Origin: Cyanophyceae cyanobacterium
GTDB taxonomy: Bacteria > Cyanobacteriota > Cyanobacteriia > Cyanobacteriales > Laspinemataceae
DNA length: 64,000 nucleotides
Direction of reading: 5' to 3'
Assembly (NCBI GenBank): GCA_038321985.1
Contig: JBBQFN010000021.1
Location: 1-64,000, forward strand
The notes below the pieces were generated by a model. It made no database searches. It was not told the DNA's origin and saw only the letters and a program-made list of their open reading frames with translations. A program made the translations under genes and the position numbers. How positions within the stretch are numbered: position 1 is the first letter of the stretch; every line of letters begins with the position of its first letter. Of the stretch, positions 61,929-64,000 are shown piece by piece.

Positions 61929-62924
61929 TTAATTTTGCACATCCCCATTCGGCATCGTCGTCTGGCTAAAGATCGCCCCCGCTGTATTCGCTCCGCTCAT
62001 TTCCGCTCGAATTAAGCTCGCTTTCGTCAAATTCGACCTCATTAAATTAGTTCTCGCTAAATATGCCTCACATAGATTCGCTTCGTTCAAGAGCGCATGA
62101 GACAGATTCGCCCGACTTAAATCCACCCGGGATAAATTAGCCCGAGTTAAATTGGCCCCGGATAGGTTGGCTTTCCCCAGCTTGGCATCCGTAACGACTG
62201 CCACATCCAGTTTAGCACCCTCCAAGTTCGCCTCGCCCAACTGCGCCCGTTCCAACTTGACATTCGTCATACAAGCCCCGCGCAAATCCACAAAAGAGAG
62301 ATTTGCATCGCTGAAAAAGGCAGCGGTAGCGATCGCTTCCGCCATTTTGGCCCGTTCCAAATTTGCCCCCCGAAAGTTCGTTTCTGTGAGATTCGCCCCA
62401 CTTAAATCCGCCTTAGTCAAATCCGCACCGCTGAGGTTGACTCCCCGCAAGTCCGCTCCCCGCAAGTCTGCTCCCCGCAGGTTTGCAGGACTGTATATCC
62501 GCCGTTCCTCACGAAAATTTGCCCCACGCAAACAGGCTCCCCGTAAGCATACCCCGCTCAATGTCGTTCCGCGCAAATCCGCATCACTCAGGTTCGCATC
62601 CATCAGGTTCGCTAAATTGAGGTTGGCTTTACGAAGATCTGCACCTTGAAGGGTTGCTCCATGCAAGTCTGCATCGCTGAGATTGGCACCGGAGAGGTTA
62701 GCTTGATTAAGATTAGCACCGCTGAGTTTGGTACTTACTAAGTACGCCGCACTCAGGTTAACTCGACTCAAGTAGGCAAAAATCAAATCCGCGCCGTGGA
62801 GGTCCGCTCCTCGTAATTTCGCCCCAATCAAATCTGCTCCTCGAAGGTTTGCACCCCAGAGACTGGCTCCGTTAAAATTAGTTTCTCCGGCTGTATATCG
62901 CTGTAATAATTCTTCGACATTCAT
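61929..62924 (-). CDS. Pentapeptide repeat protein
   Basis: Continuous A(D/N)Lxx repeats. Confidence 0.95.
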   Translation of the reverse strand: MNVEELLQRYTAGETNFNGASLWGANLRGADLIGAKLRGADLHGADLIFAYLSRVNLSAAYLVSTKLSGANLNQANLSGANLSDADLHGATLQGADLRKANLNLANLMDANLSDADLRGTTLSGVCLRGACLRGANFREERRIYSPANLRGADLRGADLRGVNLSGADLTKADLSGANLTETNFRGANLERAKMAEAIATAAFFSDANLSFVDLRGACMTNVKLERAQLGEANLEGAKLDVAVVTDAKLGKANLSGANLTRANLSRVDLSRANLSHALLNEANLCEAYLARTNLMRSNLTKASLIRAEMSGANTAGAIFSQTTMPNGDVQN

Positions 62925-63004
62925 TAATATTTTCCTCTTTCCCCGGTTTTTCCCCTGACATCAATCCCTCGGCTTAGATTCGCCCTTGTTTATCCCGATG
63001 GGTT

Positions 63005-64000
63005 TCAAGGCGTCGAGTTGTCTTCTCGCTCAATTGTCTGGTTTCTTTCTGCTTCTTCTAAGTTTATCAGAAGTTCTAGGAATTGAGACGTTGTCTGTTT
63101 AACTTGGGTGATAAAATCTCCCATCGTTTCATATTTAACTGAGATTCCATCTTCAATGTCTAGGGTCTCTAATTCTTGGCTAATTTCTTGTTCAAGAGCA
63201 TTTAAGCGTCTTTCAATAAACTGAACAATTTCTTCAACGCTCTGGGTTACTTTTAGGTTGAGCTTTTTCTCTAGTTCTTGTTTTTGTTGAACGGGATCGA
63301 TTTTTTTGAGAATGCTTAAAGAAAATTTGCGATCGCTGCCGTTCATACTCCCGGAGTTTTGGGGATAGGGCGTTAAAAAATCGTTCAACATCTCCCTATT
63401 TTTCTCACTTTCCTCACCAATCTCACTGTAATCGTTATCATCATCGGCGCTATCTTCTGCTAATGTATCTATCCGGGCCGGAGCTTTCCAGCGCTCGCTC
63501 CCCGGAGAGAGCGAGTCCACCAAAGATAAACCATTTTTGAGGGGGGAATATAACTGGGTCATGTATTGCACAATTACTCCAGCCGATTGAAAATTTTCAT
63601 CAGCTTCCGGAAGATTTTTAGCCGTTTCATATAAGTGGGATTCTAAGGCATCCACGCTAGGACACAGTTCATAAATTTGCTGAAATAGTTCATCAAGCTG
63701 GATTTTTTTTAAATTCAGCCAGTCTTCCTCTCTATTAAATTCAAACAGGCGATCAAGGGCAGAAAAAATGAGAATTTTAGCGCGTAATGGACTTGTATGT
63801 TGAACAACCTTGAGCCGTAAATCAAATAATTTTTCTGACGAGATGGGACCCGCTGATTGAGGAGTATTCGGGGGTTCAAAGTCAGTTTCATTCGTGAAAC
63901 CGGAAACAATGACTAGGGTATTAGCTAGATCCGGAGGGAGTGGAAATCCGGATAGCCCGGGACTGGTTGAGCCATCTTCATAAAATTTGCTGAAACTGTT
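63005..64000 (-). CDS. Hypothetical protein, partial (start lies beyond the window)
   Basis: The frame of the 63005-63655 ORF stays open to 64000 (LFDLRLKVVQHTSPLRAKILIFSAL...); C-terminal coiled coil. Confidence 0.7.
   Translation of the reverse strand, partial: NSFSKFYEDGSTSPGLSGFPLPPDLANTLVIVSGFTNETDFEPPNTPQSAGPISSEKLFDLRLKVVQHTSPLRAKILIFSALDRLFEFNREEDWLNLKKIQLDELFQQIYELCPSVDALESHLYETAKNLPEADENFQSAGVIVQYMTQLYSPLKNGLSLVDSLSPGSERWKAPARIDTLAEDSADDDNDYSEIGEESEKNREMLNDFLTPYPQNSGSMNGSDRKFSLSILKKIDPVQQKQELEKKLNLKVTQSVEEIVQFIERRLNALEQEISQELETLDIEDGISVKYETMGDFITQVKQTTSQFLELLINLEEAERNQTIEREDNSTP

Larger units (their letters stand above)
1..64000. repeat. Dispersed HIP1 octamer GCGATCGC
   Basis: Dozens of copies in coding and intergenic DNA; none seen in 1-1200, the Uma2 pair, the beta-lactamase or 42231-42770. 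Confidence 0.95.

Noticed and set aside
62152..62649. 165-aa plus-strand repetitive ORF
   Set aside because: Antisense shadow of the pentapeptide repeat gene; the same applies to the many short ORFs opposite gltB, gltD and the kinases
63668..64000. Similar motifs TTCATAAA(A)TTTGCTGAAA at 63668 and 63977, and the 63715-63909 ORF as a frameshift partner
   Set aside because: The main minus-strand frame is open to the window edge, so no frameshift is needed; two short matches are insufficient to call a repeat element

Overview
Chromosomal window of a filamentous cyanobacterium (dense HIP1 GCGATCGC octamers; Oscillatoriales-like is an inference). Housekeeping genes: cruF, ruvX, hisIE, hemL, gltB/gltD, a 2-Cys peroxiredoxin and a carotenoid oxidoreductase. 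Roughly 30 kb is signalling genes, including a 2923-aa Ser/Thr kinase-ATPase-His kinase, an RcaC/RcaF-like phosphorelay, a DXCF cyanobacteriochrome kinase coupled to a REC-GGDEF-EAL protein, and a CHASE4 hybrid kinase. There are two accessory zones. (1) The left edge holds a decayed restriction-modification pair: an IS-truncated methylase and an endonuclease with an apparent catalytic D-to-N change. (2) A ~7.9 kb cargo array separates gltB from gltD; it contains a diverged second copy of the gltB 3' end plus terminator, a nuclease gene flanked by REP-like repeats, a toxin remnant, tandem Uma2 genes and a class D beta-lactamase, with no integrase visible. Three hybrid kinases end in the same helical tail that I cannot assign to a known domain, and each is followed by a gene starting with the same REC subtype, a possible docking connector. 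No rRNA, tRNA or CRISPR array was seen. All product calls come from motif recognition by eye; no database searches were run.
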